A stretch of DNA of 59,407 nucleotides from a virus (lineage: Duplodnaviria > Caudoviricetes), in IMG/VR virus record IMGVR_UViG_3300042375_000244, positions 1-59,407 of that record; one strand, written 5' to 3'. Positions 17,599 to 26,477 of the stretch are shown here, piece by piece. The notes under the pieces are model-generated. The model was not told where the DNA came from. It searched no databases and worked only from the letters and a program-made list of their open reading frames with translations. Positions within the stretch are counted from its first letter, which is position 1, and the number at the start of each line of letters is the position of its first letter. The translations under genes were made by a program, and so were the position numbers.

Positions 17599-18976
17599 TC
17601 ATGCGGCGCTGGTCGGCGCTCAACCCGGCGAGATAGGTTAAGTCGGCTGCTTCGTCGCTCGTAAAGCCCGCAGCGATAAGTGCCGCGCCCGCTTGCATCT
17701 GGCGCAAGTCAATCAGATGCTTGAGACCCACGGCGCGGGCGCGCTCGCGTGCTGCTTGTACGCGCCGCGCAAATGCCGCATCGCCAGAGATTGCAACCTC
17801 CAGCGCCGGGTCTGCATCCCACTGGAGCTTGACCGGAAAGCGTGACAGAAAAGCAGCGTCGAGGCGATTGCGCCCGACAAAATCAGCCGTCGCGCCTGTC
17901 CCGTGCGTGTTACCTGCGCCGATGATGACGCAATCCCGATGCCGCGCGACCATACCATCAGGAAAGCCCGCATATCCGTTCGCGAGCGCCGCGTTGAGCG
18001 CCAGCGTTACGCCTGCATCCCAGCTATCAAGCTCATCAAGGATAACCAGCCCGCCCTTTTCAAACGCATCCCGGAAAGGCGTCCGATGTGTCCGTCCGTG
18101 CGCGTCCGTAAAGCCCAAAAGCTCATGCGACATGCTCATCGCGCCGTGCGCGTAGTACTCCAGCCCAAGCGCGCTCGCTACCTGATGCGCCGCGTGGGTC
18201 TTGCCGGTGCCGGTCGGCCCGACTAACATCGCGTTTGGCGTATAGCCTGAGGTCATACGCGACGAGCATGTGCGGAGTAGGCGCGCAAGCTGCGGGTGCG
18301 TGTGTCCCTCGGTTTTGCCGGTTGTGCCGTCGTGCCGGGCAACCTCGATCCGGACGGTCTGCACGTTCTCAAGGCGGCGCTCGACGATGCGCGTAATCTC
18401 GGGCGCCAGCGCGCCGAGGATGTGCGGCAACACCATCGCGCCAAGTGCTGCGCCTGCCGGGTCGGCGGCTGTCACGGCTGCATCTGGCACGACTGCCGGA
18501 GGCGTCGTGGTCGTGGTCGTGGCCGTCTGCGCCTGTCCTGTTTTCGCGGCGCGTGCCGCCTGTCCCTGTTCGGTGGCGCGTATTAGGCACATATACTGCG
18601 CCGACGTTGCCGCGCCGTTTTGTTTGTTTTGAACCGTGTCAATTATGCTGTCACATTTGACGTTCTCCGCGCCGTCCCATGGCAGGAAGGAGCGGATCTC
18701 TCTGTAACCTTCAACGGCTGCGGCAAATGTCGCCGCGTCTATGTTGCGTTCCTTCATGTTGTCCTCCTGCGTTGTGGTGTTGCTCGCCTCTGCTGCTGCG
18801 AGCACGGCGTAGATGTCAATTCCAAGAGCCTTGCAGGCTGCAATGCACTCTGTCGTGCCAAGGCTGCTGGCGTCCAATCCGTGTTCGCGCCGGTAGGCGG
18901 TCCAGCCGTGGTGGCTGGTGATCGCCCGGCGCACGATTGATCGGCGCGCTACTCCTAAAATAATCTGGTCGCTCAT
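17585..18976 (-). CDS. MoxR/CobS-type AAA+ ATPase
   Basis: LVGPTGTGKT, VILDELD, LNAALANG, IIGAGNT, GRNRLDAAFLSRF. Confidence 0.88.
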   Translation of the reverse strand: MSDQIILGVARRSIVRRAITSHHGWTAYRREHGLDASSLGTTECIAACKALGIDIYAVLAAAEASNTTTQEDNMKERNIDAATFAAAVEGYREIRSFLPWDGAENVKCDSIIDTVQNKQNGAATSAQYMCLIRATEQGQAARAAKTGQAQTATTTTTTPPAVVPDAAVTAADPAGAALGAMVLPHILGALAPEITRIVERRLENVQTVRIEVARHDGTTGKTEGHTHPQLARLLRTCSSRMTSGYTPNAMLVGPTGTGKTHAAHQVASALGLEYYAHGAMSMSHELLGFTDAHGRTHRTPFRDAFEKGGLVILDELDSWDAGVTLALNAALANGYAGFPDGMVARHRDCVIIGAGNTHGTGATADFVGRNRLDAAFLSRFPVKLQWDADPALEVAISGDAAFARRVQAARERARAVGLKHLIDLRQMQAGAALIAAGFTSDEAADLTYLAGLSADQRRMIEGV

Positions 18977-19008
18977 GACTTACCCTTTCTCGGCTTAGTC
19001 TACGGTTC

Positions 19009-19038
19009 ATCCTATTTCAGCGCCGCGTCGGCTGTCAA
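19009..19038 (-). promoter_or_regulatory. Sigma70-type promoter for the AAA/VWA cassette
   Basis: TTGACA-18 nt-TAGGAT, about 30 nt upstream of AAAGGG RBS and ATG 18976. Confidence 0.65.
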
Positions 19039-19190
19039 CCAAATTGGATGCTGATTTTTAAAAATGTTGGTCAGCATCACTGACCTAACTAACTCCCAGC
19101 CCCGCCCCCTCATCTCCGAACCAAATCCACCAGGTCAGTCCACCTGGTCGCCGGTCCAAGATCCCCTCACCATTGCGCCCGGTCCGTGAT

Positions 19191-19355
19191 CTGTCAGCCG
19201 GTAATCTGACAAAAGCCCCACGATTATCTGACACCGATCTGTCAGCCGGCAAACTGTCAGCGTCTTGTCACCGGCCCACGCCCCCTGCTGTTCTGTCAGT
19301 GGTCGATGATCGACGGAGGCTGTCAGGCTGTCAGCGGCTGTCAGGCGGCTGTCAC
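19191..19355. repeat. Array of 11 TGWCA pseudo-palindromic motifs, most as CTGTCAG
   Basis: TGTCA at 19192, 19240, 19255, 19266, 19294, 19321, 19329, 19339, 19350; TGACA at 19207, 19229. Confidence 0.85.
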
Positions 19356-19386
19356 GGGTCCCTTGCCCCTTGACCTCTGCCCATGG

Positions 19387-19402
19387 TGTAACGTTATAAC
19401 AT
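19387..19402. promoter_or_regulatory. Zur/Fur-family-like operator
   Basis: TGTAACGTTATAACAT; reverse complement ATGTTATAACGTTACA resembles alphaproteobacterial Zur boxes as recalled. Confidence 0.35.
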
Positions 19403-19608
19403 AGGCGACCCCCCTAAACGGGGCGCGTCGCGCACGGACGCACATATATCACTGTTTGTCTCGCTAAATCAGCAACTTCCAGAGGTCCATGGTCCAGGTA
19501 CAGTTTACTCCGGTTTTCCAAACCCCCACCCAACCACCTCTGCAAACCTCACCCCCGTAAACCAAACAAACCCCTCAAGGGACCCTACCCCCACCCCCAT
19601 CAAAAAAA

Positions 19609-19624
19609 TGTTTCACGTGAAACA
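19609..19624. promoter_or_regulatory. parS: Perfect chromosomal-type parS site
   Basis: TGTTTCACGTGAAACA, exact 16-bp consensus palindrome, extending to 18 bp (19608-19625). Confidence 0.85.
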
Positions 19625-19743
19625 TCGGACGGTGGTCAAATCTGCGGGATCTTTTTGCAATCACCATCCTGCTCTGCCCACGGCCCTCTAACCTTTACTT
19701 CTTAACCTTTTGTAAGTAGAACAAAGGTTCACGGAGATCTCTC

Positions 19744-21210
19744 ATGTCTGCATTGGAATTACTGCCTGATGAGGCTGCCAAGCGGTACGCGCAGCTTTTG
19801 GACCGTGCTGTTAAGATGACGAAGCAGGAGACGGCGCGGGAGAGCTTTATTGATTACGTGAAGTACGTGTGGCCGGGATTTGTGGCCGGGCGGCATCATA
19901 AGATTGTTGCTGACAAGCTGGAGCGTGTGGCTCGTGGCGAGTTAAAGCGTTTGATTATCAACATGCCGCCAAGGCATACGAAGTCTGAGTTTGCGAGCTT
20001 TTTGTTTCCCTCGTGGTTCATTGGGCGGATGCCGACGAAGAAGATCATGCAGGCGACGCATACTGCGGATTTGTCGGTTCGGTTTGGCCGCAAGGTCAGG
20101 AACCTGATGGACGGCGAGGACTACCATCAGGTGTTCCCGCAGGTGAAGTTGAGGGCGGACAGTAAGGCTGCTTATCGGTGGGAGACGGACGACGGCGGCG
20201 AGTATTACGCGGCGGGTGTTGGGTCGAACATTGCGGGTCGCGGCGCTGATTTGTTCATTGTGGACGACCCGCACTCGGAGCAGGACGCGCTATCGCCGAC
20301 GGCTTTGGATGCGGCGTGGGACTGGTATATGTCGGGACCTCGGCAGCGGTTGCAGCCGGGCGGGGCGATTGTTGTGGTTATGACTCGTTGGGGCGACAAG
20401 GACCTGACGGCGCGTTTGCTCAAGCAGCAGGCGACGGACCCGAAGGCTGACCAGTGGGAGATAGTCGAGTTTCCGGCGATCTTGGACTCTGGCAGATCTC
20501 TGTGGCCGGAGTATTGGAAGCTGGAGGAGTTGGAGAAGATCCGTGCGTCCATCAGTTCGTCGAAGTGGCAAGCGCAGTATATGCAGCAGCCGACTTCTGA
20601 CACGGCGGCGATTATCAAGCGGGACTGGTGGCAGATTTGGGAACCGGAGAAGGTGCCGCGTTTACAGTATGTTATGCAGTCTTACGATACGGCGTACCTG
20701 AAAACACGGACCTCTGACTTTACGGCGATACAGACGTGGGGTGTGTTTTACCCGAAGGAGGACTCGGGGCCGAACGTGATTCTTTTGGACGCTAGGAAAG
20801 GCCGGTGGGAGTTTCCTGAGCTGAAGCGGATTGCGTATGAAGAGTACAAGTATTGGGAGCCTGACACGATTTTGATTGAGGCGAAGGCTGCGGGTATGCC
20901 TCTGACGCAGGAGCTGCGGCAGATGGGAATACCTGTCGTGAACTTCTCGCCAAGCAGGGGCAACGACAAGCACGCGCGTGTTAATGCTGTAGCGCCTATG
21001 TTTGAGTCTGGTTTAGTGTGGAGGCCGGACGCTTCGTGGGCGGAGGAGGTCGTAGAGGAAATCGCGGCCTTCCCGTTTGCCGATCATGATGATATGGTCG
21101 ATTGTGCTACGCAGGCTTTGATGCGGTTCCGGCAGGGCGGGTTTGTGTCCCATCCTGATGATTACCAGATGGACGACGAACCACGGTCCACCAACAGGGT
21201 ATACTACTGA
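19744..21210 (+). CDS. terL: Terminase large subunit
   Basis: INMPPRHTKSE, GRGADLFIVDDPH, VVMTRW, QSYDTA, HDDMVD motifs. Confidence 0.95.
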   Translation: MSALELLPDEAAKRYAQLLDRAVKMTKQETARESFIDYVKYVWPGFVAGRHHKIVADKLERVARGELKRLIINMPPRHTKSEFASFLFPSWFIGRMPTKKIMQATHTADLSVRFGRKVRNLMDGEDYHQVFPQVKLRADSKAAYRWETDDGGEYYAAGVGSNIAGRGADLFIVDDPHSEQDALSPTALDAAWDWYMSGPRQRLQPGGAIVVVMTRWGDKDLTARLLKQQATDPKADQWEIVEFPAILDSGRSLWPEYWKLEELEKIRASISSSKWQAQYMQQPTSDTAAIIKRDWWQIWEPEKVPRLQYVMQSYDTAYLKTRTSDFTAIQTWGVFYPKEDSGPNVILLDARKGRWEFPELKRIAYEEYKYWEPDTILIEAKAAGMPLTQELRQMGIPVVNFSPSRGNDKHARVNAVAPMFESGLVWRPDASWAEEVVEEIAAFPFADHDDMVDCATQALMRFRQGGFVSHPDDYQMDDEPRSTNRVYY

Positions 21211-23660
21211 TGGCATCTCCCTATTCCGGAATTGAACAAGCCCTTCCCAACAATCCCTCACCCATGGACGAAGGTCCGGGGATGGAGGTCGAGGTTCCAG
21301 AGGAAGAGGGCTTTGAGACAGAAGAGGATGTAACGATTGAGGAAGACGACGAGGGTGGCGCTACAGTCATATTTGGACGTGACATCGAGTCTCTGGACAT
21401 ATCGTCGCTGGGCTTTGGAGATAACCTTGCGGAAGTCCTTGATGACACGGAGCTTTCAACAATCAGCAAGGACCTTTGCTCTTCGATTGAAGAGGATGAC
21501 GCGGGCCGCGAGGATTGGAAGAAGGCGTATGAAGAGGGGCTTACGCTCCTTGGTCTCACGTATGAGGACCGCACGGAACCATTTAACGGTTCTACTGGTG
21601 TCGTTCATCCCCTTCTTAACGAGGCTGTAACGCAGTTTCAGGCTCAGGCCTACAAGGAGATGTTGCCTGCGGGCGGTCCTGTGCGGACGCAGATTGCTGG
21701 GAATACGACGCCTGAGAAAGAGCAGCAGGCGGAGCGCATCAAGGCCTACATGAACTACCAGATTACGGTGGAGATGGAGGAGTACGACCCCGAGTTTGAC
21801 CAGATGCTGTTTTATCTGGGGTATGGCGGGTCCGCGTTTAAGAAGGTTTACTACGACGGGGAATTGCAGCGGGCGGTGTCGCCCTACATTCTGCCAAAGG
21901 ATTTGATTGTTCCGTATGCTTCTAGAGATTTAGGGACGGCGGAGCGTGTAACTCATGTATTGCGTGTTTCGGAGAACAACCTGCGTAAGCAGCAGGTGTC
22001 AGGGTTTTACCGGGACGTGGAGTTGAGTGTCCCGACGGAGACCGAGCGCGATCAGATTGAGGAAAAGACTGACAGCATTTCTGGCATCGAGCCATCCGGC
22101 GAGCCTGACAACTATCTGTTGTACGAGTGCCATTGCTCGTTGGATATACCGGGCTTTGAGGACAAGGACGAGAACGGTGAGCCGACAGGTATCCAGCTAC
22201 CGTATATCGTCACGCTGGATGCGACGAGCGGGACGGTTTTGTCCATCCGCCGGAACTTCAAGGAGGCTGATCCCAAGCGGAAGAAGAAGTCGTACTTCGT
22301 CCACTACAAGATGCTGCCGGGGATGGGGTTCTATGGCTTTGGGTTGGTGCACCTTTTGGGCAATCTCGCCCGCTCTTCGACCTCTGTCCTCCGCCAACTG
22401 ATTGACGCTGGCACGCTGGCGAATATCCCGGCGGGGTTCAAGGCCAAGGGGATGCGTATTCAGGACGCCGAAAGCCCGATCCAGCCCGGCGAGTGGCGGG
22501 ATGTGGATGCACCGGGCGGCGCGCTGCGCGATAACTTGATGCCGCTGCCATACAAAGAGCCGAGTGCAACGCTGATGCAATTGCTTGGGTTCTGCGTGAC
22601 AGCAGGCGAGAAGTTTATCGGCTCAACTGATTTGGGCATGGGTGACGGCAATCAGGAACTCCCGGTCGGGACGACGATTGCGTTGCTGGAGCGTGGTAGC
22701 CGTGTGATGAGCGCGGTCCACAAGCGGATGCACTACGCCCAGAAGCAAGAGCTTCGGTTGCTGGCGGATGTGTTTGCGGAATACATGCCGCCGGAATACC
22801 CGTACTCGGTCGAAGGTCAGAAGCCTAGCATCAAGCGTCAAGATTTTGACGGTCGGGTGGACGTGATTCCTGTCAGCGACCCGAACATCTTCAGCATGAC
22901 GCAGCGGATTGCCTTGGCCCAGCAACAACTGACCTTGGCCCAAGCTGCGCCTCAGATGCACAACACGTATGAGGCGTATCGCCGGATGTATACGGCGCTG
23001 GGCGTGCATGACATTAACCTGATTCTGCCGCCGCCGCCTGAGCCGCAACCGGAAGGTCCGGCTTTGGAAAACGCACGGTCGATGGTGGTGCCGAACGGGG
23101 CTCCGAGTTTGCGGGCGTTTCAGCAGCAGGATCATCTGGCGCACATCGACGCGCATATTGCATTTATCAAGACGCCGTTGATCCAGTCATCGCCGCAGGT
23201 GTACGGGATTTTGCTGGGCCATGTGTTCGAGCATGTGTCGTTTGCAGCTATGCAGACGGTGATGAGCCAGATGCAACAGCTTATGCAGCCGCAGATGGAC
23301 CCATCAACGGGCATGATGACGCCCCCTGACCCGCCACCGCCGGAGATGATCCAGAGCAACGCGGCCAAACTTGAGGCTGCGATGGTCAATCAGATCATGG
23401 CAGCGATTGCTCCGCCTCCGGCTGATGGCGCGAACAACCCGCTTATCGAACTCCAGAAACGCGACTTGGACATCAAGGAGCGCAAGATGGAGGCGGAAGA
23501 AGAGGAGACTGTGCTCAAGATCGACCTTGAAGAGCGCAAGATGGAGATGAAGGCCAAGATGGACGAGGAGCGTCGTCAGTCAAATGAGGACATCGCCCAG
23601 CTCCGGGCGAATGTGTCGCTTGAGCGCGCCAACCTGTCTAACATTGGGAAGGGCTTCTGA
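21210..23660 (+). CDS. Portal protein
   Basis: 816 aa directly after terL; HPLL.EAV.QFQ, GSAFKKVYYD, GFYGFGL motifs; coiled-coil C-terminus. Confidence 0.9.
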   Translation: MASPYSGIEQALPNNPSPMDEGPGMEVEVPEEEGFETEEDVTIEEDDEGGATVIFGRDIESLDISSLGFGDNLAEVLDDTELSTISKDLCSSIEEDDAGREDWKKAYEEGLTLLGLTYEDRTEPFNGSTGVVHPLLNEAVTQFQAQAYKEMLPAGGPVRTQIAGNTTPEKEQQAERIKAYMNYQITVEMEEYDPEFDQMLFYLGYGGSAFKKVYYDGELQRAVSPYILPKDLIVPYASRDLGTAERVTHVLRVSENNLRKQQVSGFYRDVELSVPTETERDQIEEKTDSISGIEPSGEPDNYLLYECHCSLDIPGFEDKDENGEPTGIQLPYIVTLDATSGTVLSIRRNFKEADPKRKKKSYFVHYKMLPGMGFYGFGLVHLLGNLARSSTSVLRQLIDAGTLANIPAGFKAKGMRIQDAESPIQPGEWRDVDAPGGALRDNLMPLPYKEPSATLMQLLGFCVTAGEKFIGSTDLGMGDGNQELPVGTTIALLERGSRVMSAVHKRMHYAQKQELRLLADVFAEYMPPEYPYSVEGQKPSIKRQDFDGRVDVIPVSDPNIFSMTQRIALAQQQLTLAQAAPQMHNTYEAYRRMYTALGVHDINLILPPPPEPQPEGPALENARSMVVPNGAPSLRAFQQQDHLAHIDAHIAFIKTPLIQSSPQVYGILLGHVFEHVSFAAMQTVMSQMQQLMQPQMDPSTGMMTPPDPPPPEMIQSNAAKLEAAMVNQIMAAIAPPPADGANNPLIELQKRDLDIKERKMEAEEEETVLKIDLEERKMEMKAKMDEERRQSNEDIAQLRANVSLERANLSNIGKGF

Positions 23661-24412
23661 TGGAACGCAACCCCTACCTGATGAACATTGGTTCTCGTGA
23701 GAGCGGCGGTGATTACGGCGCTCGTAGCAGAACCTCGTCGGCAGGGGGCAAGTATCAGTTTACGGATTCGACTTGGCTGAGTGCTGTCAGAAAGGCGCGA
23801 CCTGATTTGCGGGGCGCGACTGACAGGGAGCTGCTGAAGCTGAAGACTGACAGAAGCGAAGAAGGTCGGGCGATCCAAGAGCAGACGGCAGACTATTATC
23901 TGCAAAGCGAGGTGGTGCCGTCGCTTACCCGTCAGGGGATTGAGCCGACAGAGGGCAACGTCTATCTGGCTTGGTTTGCTGGACCGGCGGGCGCTGCGAA
24001 GGCTTTGAAGTCTGCACCAGATACTCCGATCAGCAAGATCCTGAGCGAGGATGCGATCAAGGCCAACCGCAACGTAAGGTTGGGTGACAAGCCGTTTTCC
24101 GACTTTACGCAATCTGATCTGGTTACGTGGGCCGGGGGCCGTGGTTCACCGCGAGCTTCTGTTGAGGGTGAGCCCCAGCAAGAGCAGGTGGCGGAATCCA
24201 CGGCGGATGTGCTGGAGGAAACCGTTCCGGCGACCGCTGCCCGCAGCACGTCTGACCGTAGTGGTCGTGACATTCAGAACCTTGCACGGTACTATGAGAG
24301 CATGAACCAGCGTCAGGCTGCGCCTCTCCTTGGGATACCTAATCTGATGGCGGCTCGCCAGCAGGAGGAATCCTCGCAGGATGGAATTGCTTCACTCTTT
24401 CCGTATTCGTGA
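23660..24412 (+). CDS. Lytic transglycosylase (lysozyme-like), probably virion-associated
   Basis: RESGG...SSAGGKYQFTDSTW...YLAWFAGPAGA motifs. Confidence 0.8.
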   Translation: MERNPYLMNIGSRESGGDYGARSRTSSAGGKYQFTDSTWLSAVRKARPDLRGATDRELLKLKTDRSEEGRAIQEQTADYYLQSEVVPSLTRQGIEPTEGNVYLAWFAGPAGAAKALKSAPDTPISKILSEDAIKANRNVRLGDKPFSDFTQSDLVTWAGGRGSPRASVEGEPQQEQVAESTADVLEETVPATAARSTSDRSGRDIQNLARYYESMNQRQAAPLLGIPNLMAARQQEESSQDGIASLFPYS

Positions 24413-26196
24413 GGCGCATGATGGCTACGAAGTCTCTGAAGAAAGCGGTTAAGAAGGCAGCTCGCTTAGGCGAGGGGCGCGATAGGATCATGGCGCATCT
24501 CTCTCCCGGAGAGATTGTGTTGCCGTTGGATTTCCAAAAGAAGTTCCCCGCTGTGGAAGGGGCGCTACGCCAAGCCTTTAAGAAGTCTGGACTCGACTAT
24601 GAGCAGTTTGTTGCAGGCTCCGCACAGAACAAGATAAACCCCCGTACCGGCGCTCCCATGTTTGACGACGGCAGTGATGGCGGCGGCGGTAACGAAGGCG
24701 GCGGCGGTAACGAAGGCGGCGGCGGTGGCAACGAAGGCGACGGCAATTACGGCGGGGCTCCTGACAGCGGCTTCGGCGGCAACTATGGCGGCGGCTTTAG
24801 CGGTAACTTTGGCGGCAGCAACGAGAACGGCAACACCGGCAACAACGAAGGTGGCGGTGGTCCGGGAGGTGGCGGCGATCCAAATAGTGGTGATCCCGGC
24901 GGCGGCTTCCTTGGCGATCTGGGAGGTTTCTTGGGCGGCTTGTTCGGTGACAGAGGAGACGCTGATCCCGAAAGCAATCTTGACGAGTACGGTCGAGATG
25001 TGCGGGACATCTACGGCAATGAGTACATTGGCGACATTACTGGAGTAACCGGGTCTCCATCTAGTCCCGGTTCGGGCCGGGCGGAGGTTGATCCAACCGT
25101 TGATCCGGATGCCCCTGATCCGGATGCCGAGGATGCCGATGCTCAGTTTGGCGTTAATTCGCCCGGACAGCTTGCGTTTGATGCTATGATGAATACTGCC
25201 GTGGGGCTTTTCACCCAAGGGTATTTAACTTCGGACCTAAAGGCCGAGGATATTGTATCAAATCCCTACAACACGCCTTTTGACGCACCTCCGGAAACGC
25301 GGGAGGCTCTTGCTCGGGAAGATGCCGACCGTGCAGCCGTGGATGCCTATCTAACTAACGAGCTACAGAACTATGGGGTTGATCCATACGAGACTGTGAA
25401 CACTGCTCCGAACCTAAGCACCGCCGATCCTGTCGTAGACAACACGGACCTCAATCAAGCTGACGACCCAGACGTTACCAGTGCGGACTTCTTTGACCCC
25501 GTGACCTCAAACTACAATGTATTTGGGCGGGATGAACGTGACGCGGATCGTGCGGCGCTCACCTCCTACATGACTTCTCCGGAGAGCGTCATCACTAACA
25601 GTTTCGGTCTGACTGCTCCATCCTCAGATCTTTCTTTCCTTGGCCCTGCTTACACTGGTCCGAATCTAGCGGATACTGCACTCAGCCCCTACGGCACCCT
25701 AAACCCTAATTTTACTCCGGGCGTTACAGGATATGTTGGGACGAGCTTTAGTGATAGATTGGCAGGAGATGAAAGGGCTGAAGTTGCGCCTACGGTTACG
25801 GGGCCTTCCTACACCGAGGCGGACATTGCGGGACGAACAGGTAACTTGACCGGCCTTGGCAAGGGTGCGGTTTCGCCCGGATACAACATCTCCACCTACG
25901 GGGTTGACCCGTATGAGACTATCTCGGGCGCAGTTCAACAAGGCGCTACAACTACTGGCAGGGGTGGCACTTCTGACAGAGACGGCACTCCTGACGGGGG
26001 TGGGGAGCCTGATCGTCGCAGGCCCCTAACTCCGGAGGAAATCCAATACCTTGCTGACATGGGGTATCTTACCGAGGGTGACGGGGCGTCTACTGCGGCG
26101 ATAGATCCTAGTACGACCCCAATCAAATATGATATATCCAAGTTTATCTCAGGCATTGGCTCCCTTGCCAATTCAGGCAACAGGTTCTCCACGTAA
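24409..26196 (+). CDS. Low-complexity Gly/Asn/Asp-rich protein, probable internal virion protein
   Basis: N-terminal GEGRDRIMAHLSPGE...NPRTGAPMF domain, then GGN repeats and an acidic disordered region. Confidence 0.75.
   Translation: MRRMMATKSLKKAVKKAARLGEGRDRIMAHLSPGEIVLPLDFQKKFPAVEGALRQAFKKSGLDYEQFVAGSAQNKINPRTGAPMFDDGSDGGGGNEGGGGNEGGGGGNEGDGNYGGAPDSGFGGNYGGGFSGNFGGSNENGNTGNNEGGGGPGGGGDPNSGDPGGGFLGDLGGFLGGLFGDRGDADPESNLDEYGRDVRDIYGNEYIGDITGVTGSPSSPGSGRAEVDPTVDPDAPDPDAEDADAQFGVNSPGQLAFDAMMNTAVGLFTQGYLTSDLKAEDIVSNPYNTPFDAPPETREALAREDADRAAVDAYLTNELQNYGVDPYETVNTAPNLSTADPVVDNTDLNQADDPDVTSADFFDPVTSNYNVFGRDERDADRAALTSYMTSPESVITNSFGLTAPSSDLSFLGPAYTGPNLADTALSPYGTLNPNFTPGVTGYVGTSFSDRLAGDERAEVAPTVTGPSYTEADIAGRTGNLTGLGKGAVSPGYNISTYGVDPYETISGAVQQGATTTGRGGTSDRDGTPDGGGEPDRRRPLTPEEIQYLADMGYLTEGDGASTAAIDPSTTPIKYDISKFISGIGSLANSGNRFST
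24679..24735 (+). repeat. 18-nt tandem repeat x3 encoding GGGGNE
   Basis: GGCGGCGGCGGTAACGAA twice, plus a third copy with one extra codon. Confidence 0.85.
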
Positions 26197-26205
26197 GGAA
26201 ATATC

Positions 26206-26436
26206 ATGGCAAACCGTATCCCGGCCCTTGGCGGCAAATCCGGCCAGCAATCAAACCCCAACTTCCGGGGCAAAAAACCTGACGTTGTAGTTGCAACCAA
26301 TCAGGACATTGTTCGTCAGGGCGTTGTCCAGACAGGTGGCCCGAAGGACTTTCCGATCCCGGCGGCAACCAAGGGCGAACAGACTGCCCGTGGTTTCGGG
26401 GCCATGCTCCGTCCGCAGAAGTACACTGTAAGCTAG
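26206..26436 (+). CDS. Small basic hypothetical protein
   Basis: AAGGA RBS; C-terminal ARGFGAMLR motif resembling that of 34509-34976. Confidence 0.7.
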   Translation: MANRIPALGGKSGQQSNPNFRGKKPDVVVATNQDIVRQGVVQTGGPKDFPIPAATKGEQTARGFGAMLRPQKYTVS

Positions 26437-26477
26437 TGTGGCCCGACTAGCGGGGGCCAAGACCGTGAGATGATGGT

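Noticed and set aside
19685-19720. CtrA box upstream of terL
   Set aside because: TAA-containing half sites are present but none forms TTAA-N7-TTAA.
6406-21210. Inteins or introns in polA or terL
   Set aside because: Both ORFs are of ordinary length with normally spaced motifs.
26437-26477. Terminator GGCCC...GGGCC
   Set aside because: Short stem with no U-tract.
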